A stretch of DNA of 64,000 nt from an uncultured Bacteroidales bacterium. GTDB taxonomy: Bacteria > Bacteroidota > Bacteroidia > Bacteroidales > VadinHA17. Of the stretch, positions 62,950 through 64,000 are shown in pieces (the first letter of the stretch is position 1; every line of letters starts with the position of its first letter). Both the position numbers and the translations under genes were made by a program. Under the pieces are notes generated by a model. That model worked only from the letters and a program-made list of their open reading frames with translations. It was not told where the DNA came from and did no database searches. The DNA lies in the NCBI GenBank assembly GCA_963701745.1, contig CAVPBE010000003.1, positions 149,361 to 213,360 on the forward strand, given 5' to 3'.

Positions 62950-64000
62950 TCAGGGCCGGTTTTTATAGAATTTAACTAAAATCTGTGCCTTACTCCTGCC
63001 GATATGTTTTTCAAGTTCTTCTGCGGGTGTATTTTTAATTTTTTCTGGAGATACAAAAGTTTTAAGCAAGATCTCTTTCGTTTTTGGTCCGATACCTTTA
63101 ATCTCATCCAGTTCTGATTTTGTCATTCCCGATGAACGTTTGTCACGATGAAAATTTATTCCGAACCGGTGAGCTTCATTTCTCATTTGCTGGATCAATT
63201 TCAGACTGTATGAATTTTTGTCAAAGTATATCGGTACTGAGTCGCCCGGAAAATATATTTCCTCCAGTTTTTTTGCAATTCCGATAATTGTCACATTTTT
63301 TCTTAATCCAAGTTTTTCAAGACTCTTCATTGCAGACGAAAGTTGTCCTTTTCCTCCATCAATAATAATGAGCTGCGGAACTGGCTTATCTTCTTCAAGG
63401 ATTCTTTTGTAACGCCTGTATATTACCTCTTCCATTGAAGAAAAATCATCCGGACCTGTAACTGTTTTAATATTGAAGTGCCTGTAGTCCTTTTTGCTTG
63501 GCTGTCCGTTACGAAATACTACACATGCGGCAACCGGATCTTTTCCCATGATATTTGAATTATCAAAGCATTCGATATGAACGGGTATTACAGGCATGTG
63601 AAGATCATTTTTTACTTTTTCAAGGTTTTTTCCGGACCTTGAAACAGGCTTATGCTCAAGCAGCTTTTTCTTCTGTTCGAGCTTGTAATAGATCGCGTTT
63701 CTTTCTGCGAGCTCCAGGAGCTTGAGTTTTTCACCTATTTTAGGAATTGTATATTTGATTTTATCCAGTTGAATATCAGGATGAAAAGGCACAATAATCT
63801 CAGGAGAATCGCTTGAATAGCGTTCTCTGATTTCAGTAATTGCTGATCCAAGCAAAGACTCTGGTTCTTCATCAACCTTCGATCTTATTTCAAGCGTAAA
63901 TGCTTGTACCACTGCGCCTTCAACCACTTTAAGGTAATTAACATAGCATCTTTCATTGTCCTGAGCAAAAGCAAAGACATCGACATTCTTTATTGTATTG
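62950..64000 (-). CDS. uvrC: Excinuclease ABC subunit C (C-terminal part; 5' end beyond the window)
   Basis: The frame is open to the window edge (checked by hand upstream of the track start at 63927). It contains the endonuclease V-like domain and the C-terminal (HhH)2 region LDEIKGIGPKTKEILLKTF. Confidence 0.85.
   Translation of the reverse strand, partial: NTIKNVDVFAFAQDNERCYVNYLKVVEGAVVQAFTLEIRSKVDEEPESLLGSAITEIRERYSSDSPEIIVPFHPDIQLDKIKYTIPKIGEKLKLLELAERNAIYYKLEQKKKLLEHKPVSRSGKNLEKVKNDLHMPVIPVHIECFDNSNIMGKDPVAACVVFRNGQPSKKDYRHFNIKTVTGPDDFSSMEEVIYRRYKRILEEDKPVPQLIIIDGGKGQLSSAMKSLEKLGLRKNVTIIGIAKKLEEIYFPGDSVPIYFDKNSYSLKLIQQMRNEAHRFGINFHRDKRSSGMTKSELDEIKGIGPKTKEILLKTFVSPEKIKNTPAEELEKHIGRSKAQILVKFYKNRP

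Noticed and set aside
1-64000. A defence system, toxin-antitoxin pair, prophage or integrative element
   Set aside because: I found no nuclease/helicase/methylase/ATPase clusters, small paired ORFs, integrases, transposases or tRNA-adjacent boundaries. Gene content is housekeeping, respiratory and glycan-related throughout.

Overview
This 64 kb window looks like an ordinary chromosomal segment of a Bacteroidota genome. The clues are a DUF4271 gene next to hemD, an alternative complex III (ACIII) beside a caa3-type oxidase, a CarboxypepD_reg/TonB-type outer-membrane protein, TAnnTTTG-type -7 boxes and little Shine-Dalgarno usage. All calls come from motif reading; no similarity search was possible. 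I support about 55 protein genes. I saw no rRNA, tRNA or CRISPR array, and no transposase, integrase, phage or recognisable defence genes. Main modules: (1) a minus-strand run of crp/fnr, an M14 carboxypeptidase, tldD, pmbA, a PPi-type PFK, rsgA and a sensor-kinase-like gene; (2) housekeeping genes (hisJ-type phosphatase, GH127, mntP, dtd, an MFS transporter, deoC, DUF4271, hemD, rnpA, an S41 peptidase, moaDE, polA, queD, an acyl-CoA ligase); (3) a respiratory island from 27.3 to 42.1 kb, with an exported SOD lying divergent from an HMA-lipoprotein/DoxX/SCO1/coxI-III-IV-II/cyoE operon, which is convergent with actABCDEF; (4) lspA, arsR, ispB and an MFS transporter; (5) a mannoside-type pair (PMI-like protein plus GH38), then a thioesterase, an S15 peptidase, a Tat-signal aldo-keto reductase, a lactonase, ywbE, an ATP-type PFK, a HAD hydrolase, a TonB-like barrel and uvrC. 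I did not find a convincing novel multi-gene protein system. The most unusual content is non-coding or concerns sequence integrity. There is a family of about 150-280 bp MITE-like elements with shared terminal inverted repeats but different internal cargo (4 copies). There is also a family of C5/G5 hairpins and nested hairpins at gene ends. A 163-nt cytosine-free 8-bp tandem repeat fills the whole PMI-GH38 spacer. The sensor kinase has Tyr in place of its phospho-accepting His. Homopolymer-associated frameshifts interrupt ActC and DUF4271.
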